Below are positions 34,675 to 42,153 of a DNA stretch of 43,986 nucleotides, piece by piece. A model generated the notes under the pieces. The model saw nothing but the letters and a program-made list of their open reading frames with translations, had not been told where the DNA came from and made no database searches. The number at the start of each line of letters is the position of its first letter. Position 1 is the first letter of the stretch. The position numbers and the translations under genes were made by a program. Source of the stretch: a virus; the IMG/VR virus record IMGVR_UViG_3300044492_000037, positions 1 to 43,986 of that record, one strand, 5' to 3'.

Positions 34675-35037
34675 TTAGATCGCTTGGCTCGGTGCCACGC
34701 GCTCGTACAGGTTTTGCCTCCGGGCATTTGATTTGACGTTGGTGTTAGGCACCCTGGTCACCAGCTCGCGCAGCAATCCTTTTTTCTTAGCGTGGCCCCA
34801 GCACGATCCCCAAGCGTTGTGATGCTTGGGCTGTACGCCTGTCCACACCTTGCTGATGCTTTCGCAATTGCCAATCCAGCCTATCGGCAGCGCCAGGATG
34901 TAGTGAAAGAATTGATAAGAGAACGTCGGGTTGTTGTCAGCGACCAGCTTCATGCCATCGTCGCGGCGCCTGCGGCCAGCAAACAAATCATACTGCCCGC
35001 TGCCGGTCTTCTTTCCGCCTTTGCCCTTCTTTGCCAT
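34675..35037 (-). CDS. Hypothetical basic protein (120 aa)
   Basis: ATG at 35035-35037 (MAKKGKGGKKTGSGQYDLFAG...) overlaps the upstream stop (TGATG). Confidence 0.6.
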   Translation of the reverse strand: MAKKGKGGKKTGSGQYDLFAGRRRRDDGMKLVADNNPTFSYQFFHYILALPIGWIGNCESISKVWTGVQPKHHNAWGSCWGHAKKKGLLRELVTRVPNTNVKSNARRQNLYERVAPSQAI

Positions 35038-35768
35038 CAGATCCCCCACACCTGAAAGGCCAGCGCCCTGGCTGCCGGGTTTGCCCAGTAGAAGCTGTCG
35101 ATGTCCGGTGCAGTAATATCAACGAAAAATTGCGGATCGTCACTAAGGCTTCTGAATTTTTCGATGCGCTTGGCAATCGCTACCAGGGATTGACGATGTT
35201 CACTGATGTTCTCCAACCCATAGACCTCCAGCTTTTTCGGTGTGACGTAGGCGATGCGGGCTTGTGCGTTGCCTGCCGTGTAGTGCGCCACTTGCCGGGC
35301 GTGTCCCACCTTGATCTGCCCAGGCATCTTGTCGCTGGTTTTCAAGTCGAGCAGGATGCCGTGCTGCTGCCATTCATAGTCGTAGAAGCCCAGCATGGGC
35401 AGCGTCAGGCCCTCGTAATGCCGCTCGATGCGGCCCTGCATGCCGGTTGGCTCCCCATACTGCCGCAACTCGGCCAGCGCCGCCCGCACCATGTCTGGGA
35501 TGCTGGCGCGGTACTTGTCACGCCGTGGATCGCCGTTCAGCGCCGTCAGCGTGTCGAACTTGGTCAGCGCCACGTCGATGCAGTCCTTGACCGGCTGGTC
35601 TAGGTTTTTCAGACCGCACGTCAGGCCATCCTCGACGGCCACGCCACGGTGCGCCGGGACGCCCACCGGCTGCTTGAGGCCAAGGATGACCTCGCACACC
35701 CACATAGCTGGCTGGGCTGCAAACAGGTTGCACTTGCTTGGCGAGTGATGATCAAATGGCGGCAGCAT
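35037..35768 (-). CDS. RecB-family PD-(D/E)XK nuclease (243 aa)
   Basis: Motifs read FYDYEW...ILLDLKTS (D...DxK) followed by ARQVAHY (QxxxY). ATG at 35766-35768 is preceded by CACAACAACGGAGAGAAA. Confidence 0.7.
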   Translation of the reverse strand: MLPPFDHHSPSKCNLFAAQPAMWVCEVILGLKQPVGVPAHRGVAVEDGLTCGLKNLDQPVKDCIDVALTKFDTLTALNGDPRRDKYRASIPDMVRAALAELRQYGEPTGMQGRIERHYEGLTLPMLGFYDYEWQQHGILLDLKTSDKMPGQIKVGHARQVAHYTAGNAQARIAYVTPKKLEVYGLENISEHRQSLVAIAKRIEKFRSLSDDPQFFVDITAPDIDSFYWANPAARALAFQVWGI

Positions 35769-36243
35769 TTTCTCTCCGTTGTTGTGCGTGATGGACATAA
35801 TAGATTGCGAGCAAGGCAGCCTCTGCGCGGCCTGCATCTTTCTTGCGAGCGAAGGCGTCGGCGCAAGAGGGAAAGGTGGCAATAGCCAGTGTGCGCGCCT
35901 GATCTTTGGCAGCCTTGCCGCCGGGAAGCTTCATAGCCTTCTTCCACTGGCTGGGTGTGATCAGCACGATGGGGACGTTGCTGAGAGCGCAGACTACTTG
36001 CGCCGTCGTAAACGCCGCTGAGAAACGCCACGCCTGCATGACGCCATCGCGTGGCATTGGACCCACGCGCTCGATCACGGCCACGTCAGGCGCGTGGCGC
36101 TCGATGACGAGGCGCAGCGCGGCAGCGTTGACGGCGCTGCCGACTGTCGGCATGTCGTAGACCGCCACGCGGCCAGGGTTGTCGGTGTAGTAGATTGCGA
36201 TCGCGCCCGTGAGGCCGGGATCGATCGACATGATGCACGTCAT
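35752..36243 (-). CDS. RuvC-like Holliday junction resolvase (163 aa)
   Basis: MSIDPGLTGAIAIY...DVAVIERVGPMPRDG...LITPSQWKK...KDAGRAEAALLAIY matches the RuvC catalytic D/E/D layout. ATGA overlap with the upstream gene at 36240-36243. Confidence 0.8.
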   Translation of the reverse strand: MTCIMSIDPGLTGAIAIYYTDNPGRVAVYDMPTVGSAVNAAALRLVIERHAPDVAVIERVGPMPRDGVMQAWRFSAAFTTAQVVCALSNVPIVLITPSQWKKAMKLPGGKAAKDQARTLAIATFPSCADAFARKKDAGRAEAALLAIYYVHHAQQRRENAAAI

Positions 36244-37829
36244 AAGCCACCCGGCGCGTGTTTGATGGTGTTCGCCATGCGTCGTCCCAGCTCCTTGTTG
36301 TCGATCCAGCCACTAGTGTCTTTGACATCGTCGAGGTCGTGCGATGCGACATTGAAATCGTCGAGGATCATATGATCGCGCCCCGGCACCGTGATCAGTA
36401 TCTGATAGTCGGCCCAGGTGAACTCACGCTGTCCGCGAAAGTGCGTCTTGATCTCGGTGCCGTCTGCGCGGACGTGCGGACGCACCATGTGAAAGATCCG
36501 CTTGCGCTGGCCGTGTGCTGTCGCGGTGATGTCGCGGTCCTGAAAGAAGTAACTCATGCGGTGGACGTTGACCCAGAAGGTGGCAGCCATGTCGCCCTTG
36601 GTTGCCATCACCCGCACCATGTTGAGCTGCGTCAGTGAGATGCTCTTGACGGCATCGAGAAACACTTCGCGCAGGAAGTGTTTGACAGTGTCGCCGTTGT
36701 CTTCAGCCCAGCCGCTGAACATATCGGGGATCTTCCACTGCTTGCGCGGGATCGAGTGATACTCATGGCCGCCGCGCTTGAGCCTGCGTTTGACGTACCA
36801 GTCGTCTTCGACCAGCATCCGCAACGGCTCGATCTCCTTGCCGTCCTTGCTGATCCAGATTGCGTAAGACTGCGGGACGCCGTTTTTGCGCGCATGCTTG
36901 CGAGTGTCGTAGGGCTTGTCCCACCACACTGTCATTGCATAGGTGTCGCCGCCGCTGATGCGCTCGACCTTTGGCGGCGCCTTGGCGTATTTGGTGAAAT
37001 ACATAAACTTTGGCACCAGCAGCGAACGGCCCTCGACCTTGCGTTGCTCGTACTTTTCTGTCTCCGGGTCTGCACCATAAACAAAGCACCCGAATGCCGG
37101 TCGTGTCCGGTTAAACCAGTCCGGCAGTGGTGAGTTGGTTTTCAACTCATCTCCGCTCCACTTCCTCCACTGCCGATCGTGCGACCCGGTGCTGCAATAC
37201 GGCAGGATGGTTGCGCCGTACTGCCGGTACAGGTGATAGGAGGCATTGTCGGTGCCACGCATCCGCCTGAGATAAACGAAGTAGCGTTCAAGCTGTTGCA
37301 GGATGGTGTCGCGGAAGTTGAACTCGCCGTACATTTCGGTTTCGTTGTACAGCACCTCCTGCGCGTCTTCGTGGTGCTTGCCGTGCAGCCAATACGCGGC
37401 GTCCTCCACCACGCTCTCGTCCACCACCTCGACCGGCTTCGCCTTCCTGACCGGCGCAGGCCGTGGCGGGGCAGGCAGGCGTGGCGGCAGCTCGCCCTTG
37501 GGCTTGACGAACTTGTCATGCCGCCTGCGGCGCCGCTCCAGAATGCGCCGGGTGGCGCGGTTGGGGCTTACCTTGACGGTTTCGGGTGGCGGCGCCGGGG
37601 GTGGCGGCGAAGCCGGTGCGCGTGGCTTGAGTGGCGGCAGATGGGTCAGCTTGTCGCTGGGCCGGTCCTGCTGCGGGAACGGCGGCGGCACAGACGGCGC
37701 CTTGGAGCCTGCGTCAATAGGCTCGATGGCCCGGTAATTATCGGTATTTACCGGACCACTTTTCCGGCGGCGTAACCTCATCAAAACATTGGTCAATTTG
37801 TCTCGCAGCCAATCGACCATCCAGAGCAT
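36240..37829 (-). CDS. Orphan early protein (529 aa): basic Pro-rich N-terminal third plus a ~350-aa domain with no recognisable motif
   Basis: ATG at 37827-37829 overlaps the GcrA stop (TGATG). The N-terminus reads PPLKPRAPASPPPPAPPPETVKV...RRRRRHDKFVKPKGELPPRLPAPPRPAPVRKAKP. Confidence 0.75.
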   Translation of the reverse strand: MLWMVDWLRDKLTNVLMRLRRRKSGPVNTDNYRAIEPIDAGSKAPSVPPPFPQQDRPSDKLTHLPPLKPRAPASPPPPAPPPETVKVSPNRATRRILERRRRRHDKFVKPKGELPPRLPAPPRPAPVRKAKPVEVVDESVVEDAAYWLHGKHHEDAQEVLYNETEMYGEFNFRDTILQQLERYFVYLRRMRGTDNASYHLYRQYGATILPYCSTGSHDRQWRKWSGDELKTNSPLPDWFNRTRPAFGCFVYGADPETEKYEQRKVEGRSLLVPKFMYFTKYAKAPPKVERISGGDTYAMTVWWDKPYDTRKHARKNGVPQSYAIWISKDGKEIEPLRMLVEDDWYVKRRLKRGGHEYHSIPRKQWKIPDMFSGWAEDNGDTVKHFLREVFLDAVKSISLTQLNMVRVMATKGDMAATFWVNVHRMSYFFQDRDITATAHGQRKRIFHMVRPHVRADGTEIKTHFRGQREFTWADYQILITVPGRDHMILDDFNVASHDLDDVKDTSGWIDNKELGRRMANTIKHAPGGL

Positions 37830-38239
37830 CAGCGTCCTCCACTGGTGTAGCCCTTGCGGCAATGTTCAGCGCAGTACGGCAGGCCGTCGAGCGGGACGAG
37901 GCCGCAGTACAGGTACGGCGGCAGGCCGTCAGTCACCGGCCACCGGCATGTGTGGTTGTCGAGCTGGTCGATGGTTACCTTGCCGGTCACCACCTTTGGC
38001 CTGGGCTTTTCAGCCACCGGGTGCCGGTAGATTTTCGGCTCGCGTGGTTTGTTCTTGGCGCGCTCCTTCTTTGGGCCGTTGCGCCGCGCCCGCGAGATGC
38101 AGGAGTTCTTGGTGAAGACCCGGTGAAACTTCGACACCATCCTGTCGGCAATGGCGTCGTAGTTCAGCGGCGGCTGGTGCTGCAACAGCTCGTCGAGGTA
38201 GGCCTTGGCCTCGTCTGTCCAGGGCGACGTTTCGCTCAT
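37829..38239 (-). CDS. gcrA: GcrA-family cell-cycle regulator homologue (136 aa)
   Basis: The N-terminus reads SPWTDEAKAYLDELLQHQPPLNYDAIADRMVSKFHRVFTKNSCISRARRNG. The C-terminus reads CRWPVTDGLPPYLYCGLVPLDGLPYCAEHCRKGY. Both halves match the GcrA layout. ATG at 38237-38239 overlaps the upstream stop. Confidence 0.8.
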   Translation of the reverse strand: MSETSPWTDEAKAYLDELLQHQPPLNYDAIADRMVSKFHRVFTKNSCISRARRNGPKKERAKNKPREPKIYRHPVAEKPRPKVVTGKVTIDQLDNHTCRWPVTDGLPPYLYCGLVPLDGLPYCAEHCRKGYTSGGR

Positions 38240-38529
38240 CGCTTGGTCTTTCGCTTGGCGACACGGCGCTTGATGCCAGCGGCGAGTAGCTTGCGGAGGC
38301 GGGGATGCTTGGGTGGATGCTTGGCCTTCCGCATCGCCCACAGCTCGTCCGGCGCCGACAGTCCCATCTCATGCAGCTTGTCTTTGAGGATGGTGTAGCT
38401 GTTGGCCGGAAACTTTCTTGTGGACCGCCAGTGGGAAACTACCTTTCCCGTTGTATGCGTCAGCTCGGCTACGGCTTGATTGCCGCCCAACGCATCGATC
38501 ACTAACGGTACTGATGGCATATTGCTCAT
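38236..38529 (-). CDS. Cro-like / carph-isopro-type HTH regulator (97 aa)
   Basis: ATG at 38527-38529 follows GAGGAACC. LVIDALGGNQAVAELTHTTGKVVSHWRSTRKFPANSYTILKDKLHEMGLSAPDELWAM matches the YdaS/Cro-like pattern common in alphaproteobacterial prophages. Confidence 0.65.
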   Translation of the reverse strand: MSNMPSVPLVIDALGGNQAVAELTHTTGKVVSHWRSTRKFPANSYTILKDKLHEMGLSAPDELWAMRKAKHPPKHPRLRKLLAAGIKRRVAKRKTKR

Positions 38530-38542
38530 GGTTCCTCGTTCT

Positions 38543-38583
38543 GAGTTATTTGGACGCAAATTTGCTCGTCTAGATTATTTGGA
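38543..38583. promoter_or_regulatory. Divergent control region with direct repeats of TTATTTGGA
   Basis: gagTTATTTGGAcg is at 38543-38556 and gtctagaTTATTTGGAtt at 38568-38585. The 15-mer GTCTAGATTATTTGG recurs at 41302-41316. Confidence 0.45.
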
Positions 38584-38614
38584 TTATGTTGCAGGGTCAA
38601 CCAGCGGAGTGCTT

Positions 38615-38869
38615 ATGAAAAAGCTAAGACCTCGGATGACCAAGCTGCCGGGCGTGAAGGACCGGGACGACATCATGCCGGGCATGGCGCATTGGCAAGG
38701 CAGCGGCCCAAAAGGCAAATACTGCGAGGGCTGCGAGCATCGCGAGTACTACCACGATATCGATCACCACAAAGGTTGCTACATGTTCTTCAAGCTGTCG
38801 GGTGTGCATGGGCCACGCATCCAACTGAACTGGAAGGCCTGCAAATATTTCGAGGAAAAACAGAAATGA
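38615..38869 (+). CDS. Cys/His-rich small protein (84 aa), probable zinc binder
   Basis: ATG at 38615 follows GCGGAGTGCTT. The sequence reads KYCEGCEHREYYHDIDHHKGCYMF...KACKYF. Confidence 0.6.
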   Translation: MKKLRPRMTKLPGVKDRDDIMPGMAHWQGSGPKGKYCEGCEHREYYHDIDHHKGCYMFFKLSGVHGPRIQLNWKACKYFEEKQK

Positions 38870-39165
38870 TGACTAAGGAAGAGACGATACTGCGCGCCAA
38901 GCAGGCGATCCGCGAAGGGCGCGTCATCGAAGCTGGCTTCATCGCCGCCATGCTGCCGAATGCTCCCGACACGCTCAGCGAACCGGCGCTGAAAATGGTG
39001 CGGCTGGCGTTCTTTCACGGCGCCATGTGCATGATGCAGACCCTGAACAAGGTCAGCGAGCAGAGCGAGACTGTCATCGATGGGATGATGAGCCAGCTCC
39101 AGTTTGAGCTGACCACCTTCTTCAGGGACGACAAAAACACCAATAAAACCACGGTAAAACACTGA
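38866..39165 (+). CDS. Hypothetical protein (99 aa)
   Basis: ATGA overlap with the upstream stop at 38866-38869 (MMTKEETILRAKQAIREG...). Confidence 0.6.
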   Translation: MMTKEETILRAKQAIREGRVIEAGFIAAMLPNAPDTLSEPALKMVRLAFFHGAMCMMQTLNKVSEQSETVIDGMMSQLQFELTTFFRDDKNTNKTTVKH

Positions 39166-39176
39166 TTTAAGACAGC

Positions 39177-39206
39177 TTGACAGCCCTGCCTGGATGGCAG
39201 TATAAA
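39177..39206 (+). promoter_or_regulatory. Internal promoter of the TTGACAGCC family
   Basis: TTGACA GCCCTGCCTGGATGGCAG TATAAA, followed by the leader CCGTGCATCACAACGGAGACGACCA ATG (39232). Confidence 0.6.
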
Positions 39207-39231
39207 CCGTGCATCACAACGGAGACGACCA

Positions 39232-40170
39232 ATGAACCGCGACCTCAATGACGACCTTTCTGACCTCCTCGGCGGCGAGACTGCGCCGCTCACCAGCATA
39301 AAGCAGCCGCCTGCTTCTTACGCGCCGCTTGAGCAGACCGTGTTTGCTGAAGGCTGCCCCAAGTGCCGTGGCACCGGCAGCTTCATCAGCTACTCTGGCC
39401 GCAACCTCGGCCCGTGCTTCGCCTGCAAAGGTGCAGGCAAGAACGTCTACAAGACCTCGCCGGAAGCCCGCGCCAAGTCTCGCGCCAACGCCGCTGCCCG
39501 CAAGGTCAGCAAGGAGCAGCAGATTGCTGCGGACGCCAAGGCGTTCATCGACGCGCACGAAGCTGAGATCAAGTGGCTGACGATCGCGGGCCAGCGCAAC
39601 ATCGAGCGCAATGGCACCTTCACCTTCCCGCAGGATCTCCTCACCAAGCTGTGGCAGTACGGCTCGCTGACCGACAGCCAGCTCGCTGCCGTGCAGCGTC
39701 TGATGGCGAAGGACGAGGCGCGTTCTGCGGAGCGCACGGCAGCAGCTCCTGCCGCTGACGTGTCGGCACTGGAGAAGGCCTTCGCGGTTGCTCGCGAGCG
39801 CGCCATGCTGCCGGGCGCCAAGGGCGTGTTCACGAAGCCCCTGAAGCTGACGAGCGGCTCGGTGTCGGTTGCCATCTCCTCGCCCAAGCCCGGCAGCAAG
39901 TGGGACGGCATGCTGTTCGTGCGCGATGCCAAGGATGACGAGCGCAAGCTGGGATATTTCAAGGGCGGCAAGTTTTTCCGCCAGGGCGCCGCGACTGATG
40001 CGGAGGCCGCTGCTATCCTGACGGTCGCCGCCAGCCCGTTCGATGCCGTGAAGGCCTACGCTAAGGCGTGGTCTGAGTGCGGCATCTGCGGCAAGACGTT
40101 GTTCAACGCTGAGAGCATCGAGCGTGGTATCGGTCCCATCTGCGCCGCCAAATACGGCTGGGGGTTCTGA
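39232..40170 (+). CDS. Protein with N-terminal DnaJ-type CxxCxGxG zinc fingers and a C-terminal CxxC...GIGPIC motif (312 aa)
   Basis: The N-terminal part has CPKCRGTGSF...CFACKGAGKN. The C-terminal part has ECGICGKTLFNAESIERGIGPICAAKYGW, a DUF6011-like motif by recollection. Confidence 0.7.
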   Translation: MNRDLNDDLSDLLGGETAPLTSIKQPPASYAPLEQTVFAEGCPKCRGTGSFISYSGRNLGPCFACKGAGKNVYKTSPEARAKSRANAAARKVSKEQQIAADAKAFIDAHEAEIKWLTIAGQRNIERNGTFTFPQDLLTKLWQYGSLTDSQLAAVQRLMAKDEARSAERTAAAPAADVSALEKAFAVARERAMLPGAKGVFTKPLKLTSGSVSVAISSPKPGSKWDGMLFVRDAKDDERKLGYFKGGKFFRQGAATDAEAAAILTVAASPFDAVKAYAKAWSECGICGKTLFNAESIERGIGPICAAKYGWGF

Positions 40171-40172
40171 TC

Positions 40173-40508
40173 ATGAAGACCAAAATCGCCTACATCGAGA
40201 TGCTCATTTTCGAGAAGGGGTTCGACCCGGAGGATTTTGGGTTGATCCTCACCATGCTCGATAGCAACGATCGCCGCTCGGCAAAGGAGCAGCTCGACGA
40301 GGGCTACCAGCACGGCGGCGGCTGGCGCCCTCAAGAGGGCTTCAAGTTTGACAAGCATACCGGCGCCATGACCTACCCAGGTGACCCGCCGTTCAAGCCT
40401 CGCGCAGCCATCAAGCTGCGCCATGAACTAGTGGTGCTGTACCCGTTCGATTACGTCGCCATCATGCCGGACGACAAGAGTACTTTTGAGATCTGCCGCA
40501 TGGACTGA
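40173..40508 (+). CDS. Hypothetical protein (111 aa)
   Basis: The ATG lies 2 nt after the upstream TGA. The ORF is coherent and ends ...DDKSTFEICRMD. Confidence 0.65.
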   Translation: MKTKIAYIEMLIFEKGFDPEDFGLILTMLDSNDRRSAKEQLDEGYQHGGGWRPQEGFKFDKHTGAMTYPGDPPFKPRAAIKLRHELVVLYPFDYVAIMPDDKSTFEICRMD

Positions 40509-40521
40509 CAGGCTGTCTGGA

Positions 40522-40550
40522 TTGACAGCCTGACAGTGGTCTGATACAAT
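40522..40550 (+). promoter_or_regulatory. Internal promoter of the TTGACAGCC family
   Basis: TTGACA GCCTGACAGTGGTCTGA TACAAT (17-nt spacer), preceded by the palindrome GACAGGCTGTC (40506-40516). Confidence 0.65.
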
Positions 40551-40574
40551 GCTCCTGTTCATCACAACAGGAGC
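40551..40574 (+). promoter_or_regulatory. Leader hairpin that sequesters the Shine-Dalgarno sequence of the 40583 gene
   Basis: GCTCCTGTT CATCAC AACAGGAGC forms a 9-bp perfect stem. AGGAG (40569-40573) lies in the 3-prime arm, and the ATG is 9 nt downstream. Confidence 0.6.
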
Positions 40575-40582
40575 ATTTTTCT

Positions 40583-40873
40583 ATGTCTGAAAAACCTAGC
40601 CTACGCGATCGCCGCCGCCAGGAGGCGCGTGACGCGCTCTACCGTGCGATGGAGCGGCGCGACCAACTGCTCGACAAGCTGGTCCGCACCACCACGCACA
40701 TCAAGTCGCTGAAGCACACGCTGAAGCGGCTCAACGTCATCGACGGCATCCAAGTGTCGGCGGTGCGCGTCTCGGTGGCTGAAGGCAAATTGCTGGAGCC
40801 GCTGGAGGTCGAGGCAGGCATCACTGACCTCAACGATGACATCCCTGACCTGACGGGTGCGTCATGCAAGTAA
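40583..40873 (+). CDS. Hypothetical helical protein (96 aa)
   Basis: ATG at 40583 follows the SD hairpin (MSEKPSLRDRRRQEARDALYRAMERRDQLLDK...). Confidence 0.65.
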   Translation: MSEKPSLRDRRRQEARDALYRAMERRDQLLDKLVRTTTHIKSLKHTLKRLNVIDGIQVSAVRVSVAEGKLLEPLEVEAGITDLNDDIPDLTGASCK

Positions 40874-41307
40874 TCATCACAGACGGTGGGCGCGCATCCA
40901 GCGCCCGCTGGCGCGGCAAGGCGAAGGGTGACTGCGTCACCCGCGCCATCGCCATCGTCTCTGGCCGGTCGTACTGCGAGGTCTACGATCGGCTGGCGGA
41001 AGGCAACGCCACCCAGCGCCGGTCGAAGCGCACCGGCAAGCGTGGCCGCACGGCTGACCACGGCATCAATACAGACCGCAAGTGGTTCAAGGACTACATG
41101 GCTGAGCTGGGCTTCACCTGGGTGCCAATCATGGGCATCGGCACCGGCTGCAAGGTGCATCTGCGCGACGGCGAGTTGCCGCCGGGCAGGATGGTCGTCT
41201 CGGTCAGCCAGCACTACACCGCCGTGATCGACGGCGTGGTGTTCGACACCCACAACCCGTGCCGGGGCGGAACTCGCTGCGTTTATGGGTATTGGAAGCT
41301 GGTCTAG
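40864..41307 (+). CDS. Conserved-looking Cys/His protein (147 aa), possible papain-like fold; function unknown
   Basis: GDCVTRAIAIVSGRSYCEVYDRL...GCKVHLRDGELPPGRMVVSVSQHYTAVIDGVVFDTHNP...GTRCVYGYW. I recall near-identical patterns in plasmid and phage hypothetical proteins. Confidence 0.6.
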   Translation: MQVIITDGGRASSARWRGKAKGDCVTRAIAIVSGRSYCEVYDRLAEGNATQRRSKRTGKRGRTADHGINTDRKWFKDYMAELGFTWVPIMGIGTGCKVHLRDGELPPGRMVVSVSQHYTAVIDGVVFDTHNPCRGGTRCVYGYWKLV

Positions 41308-41326
41308 ATTATTTGGCTTCCCCTGG

Positions 41327-41366
41327 CCGCGCCGCCTGCTAGTGTCGGCGGCGCGGTATTTTTTAC
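41327..41366 (+). terminator. Rho-independent terminator
   Basis: ccgcgccgcc (41327-41336) pairs with ggcggcgcgg (41347-41356) across a 10-nt loop, followed by TATTTTTTA. Confidence 0.8.
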
Positions 41367-41384
41367 CCCACAACAGGAGCTACC

Positions 41385-42146
41385 ATGAAAACAGTCTTAG
41401 GCGCCGCCGTGGCGGCGCTCCTACTGACGGCGCCAGCACAGGCGGCGTTCATCACACTCGGCGGCCAGCAATGGACGACTACCGGCGTTGACAATCTGGT
41501 GCTGACGCCAACGGTGCCAAGCGGTAATCAACCCCAGAATATCCAATGCGTCATCTGCGGGGACCATCAACCACAGCAGCAGGCCGATTTCGGATATACT
41601 GATTTTCACAATACCGGCCAGCCAAACCAAACCCTGACCTACTTCTCCACCAACGTGGCTGGCGGCGGCAACCCAGGCCTTGACGCTCTCGGCATCCCGT
41701 ATGACGGCTCGTTCCTGCGCGCCTACTTGCTCGCTGGCGGCGACCCGACACTGACGTTCAACATCGGCATCGACACTAACGATACCGGCAACGCGCAGAT
41801 CCTGAACAGCTTCTTCCTGCTGAACGTCACCACGCACACTGTGCTGTCGGCCTTCACCACGCCGACTGCAATCCTGTCGCAGAACAATGGCACGGGCTTC
41901 CCAGACTACACGTTGGGGACGTTCAACATCACGCTGGGGACCGACATCCACGTTGGCGACCAACTGGCGTTCTTCGCTCGCGTGACCAACGCCAACGATG
42001 GCCCCGACAGCTTCTTCATCGTCCCGCAAGTGCAGGCGGTGCCGCTCCCGGCAGTCGGGTCCGGTTTCCCCATGCTGATCGCAGGCATTGGCGGGCTGGT
42101 GGCGTTGCAGCGGCGCCGGAAGGCACGGCGGCTGGCAACGGCATAA
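41385..42146 (+). CDS. Secreted protein with an N-terminal signal peptide and a C-terminal VPLPA-CTERM (PEP-CTERM-type, exosortase-dependent) sorting signal (253 aa)
   Basis: The signal peptide is MKTVLGAAVAALLLTAPAQA|AF. The C-terminus reads AVPLPAVGSGFPMLIAGIGGLVALQRRRKARRLATA: a motif, a TM helix and an Arg cluster. RBS: CACAACAGGAGCTACC ATG. Confidence 0.8.
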   Translation: MKTVLGAAVAALLLTAPAQAAFITLGGQQWTTTGVDNLVLTPTVPSGNQPQNIQCVICGDHQPQQQADFGYTDFHNTGQPNQTLTYFSTNVAGGGNPGLDALGIPYDGSFLRAYLLAGGDPTLTFNIGIDTNDTGNAQILNSFFLLNVTTHTVLSAFTTPTAILSQNNGTGFPDYTLGTFNITLGTDIHVGDQLAFFARVTNANDGPDSFFIVPQVQAVPLPAVGSGFPMLIAGIGGLVALQRRRKARRLATA

Positions 42147-42153
42147 AGACTAA

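Noticed and set aside
33801-34727. 308-aa minus-strand ORF overlapping the SSB-like gene
   Set aside because: It is an Arg/His/Pro-rich alternative frame. The 268-aa frame (33806-34612) has protein-like composition and a proper SD.
28064-38614. Temperate lifestyle (repressor plus integrase) or plasmid-prophage partition system
   Set aside because: Two HTH regulators and a switch-like operator region exist. I find no integrase, recombinase, ParA/ParB or telomerase-like ORF, so lysogeny cannot be supported from the sequence.
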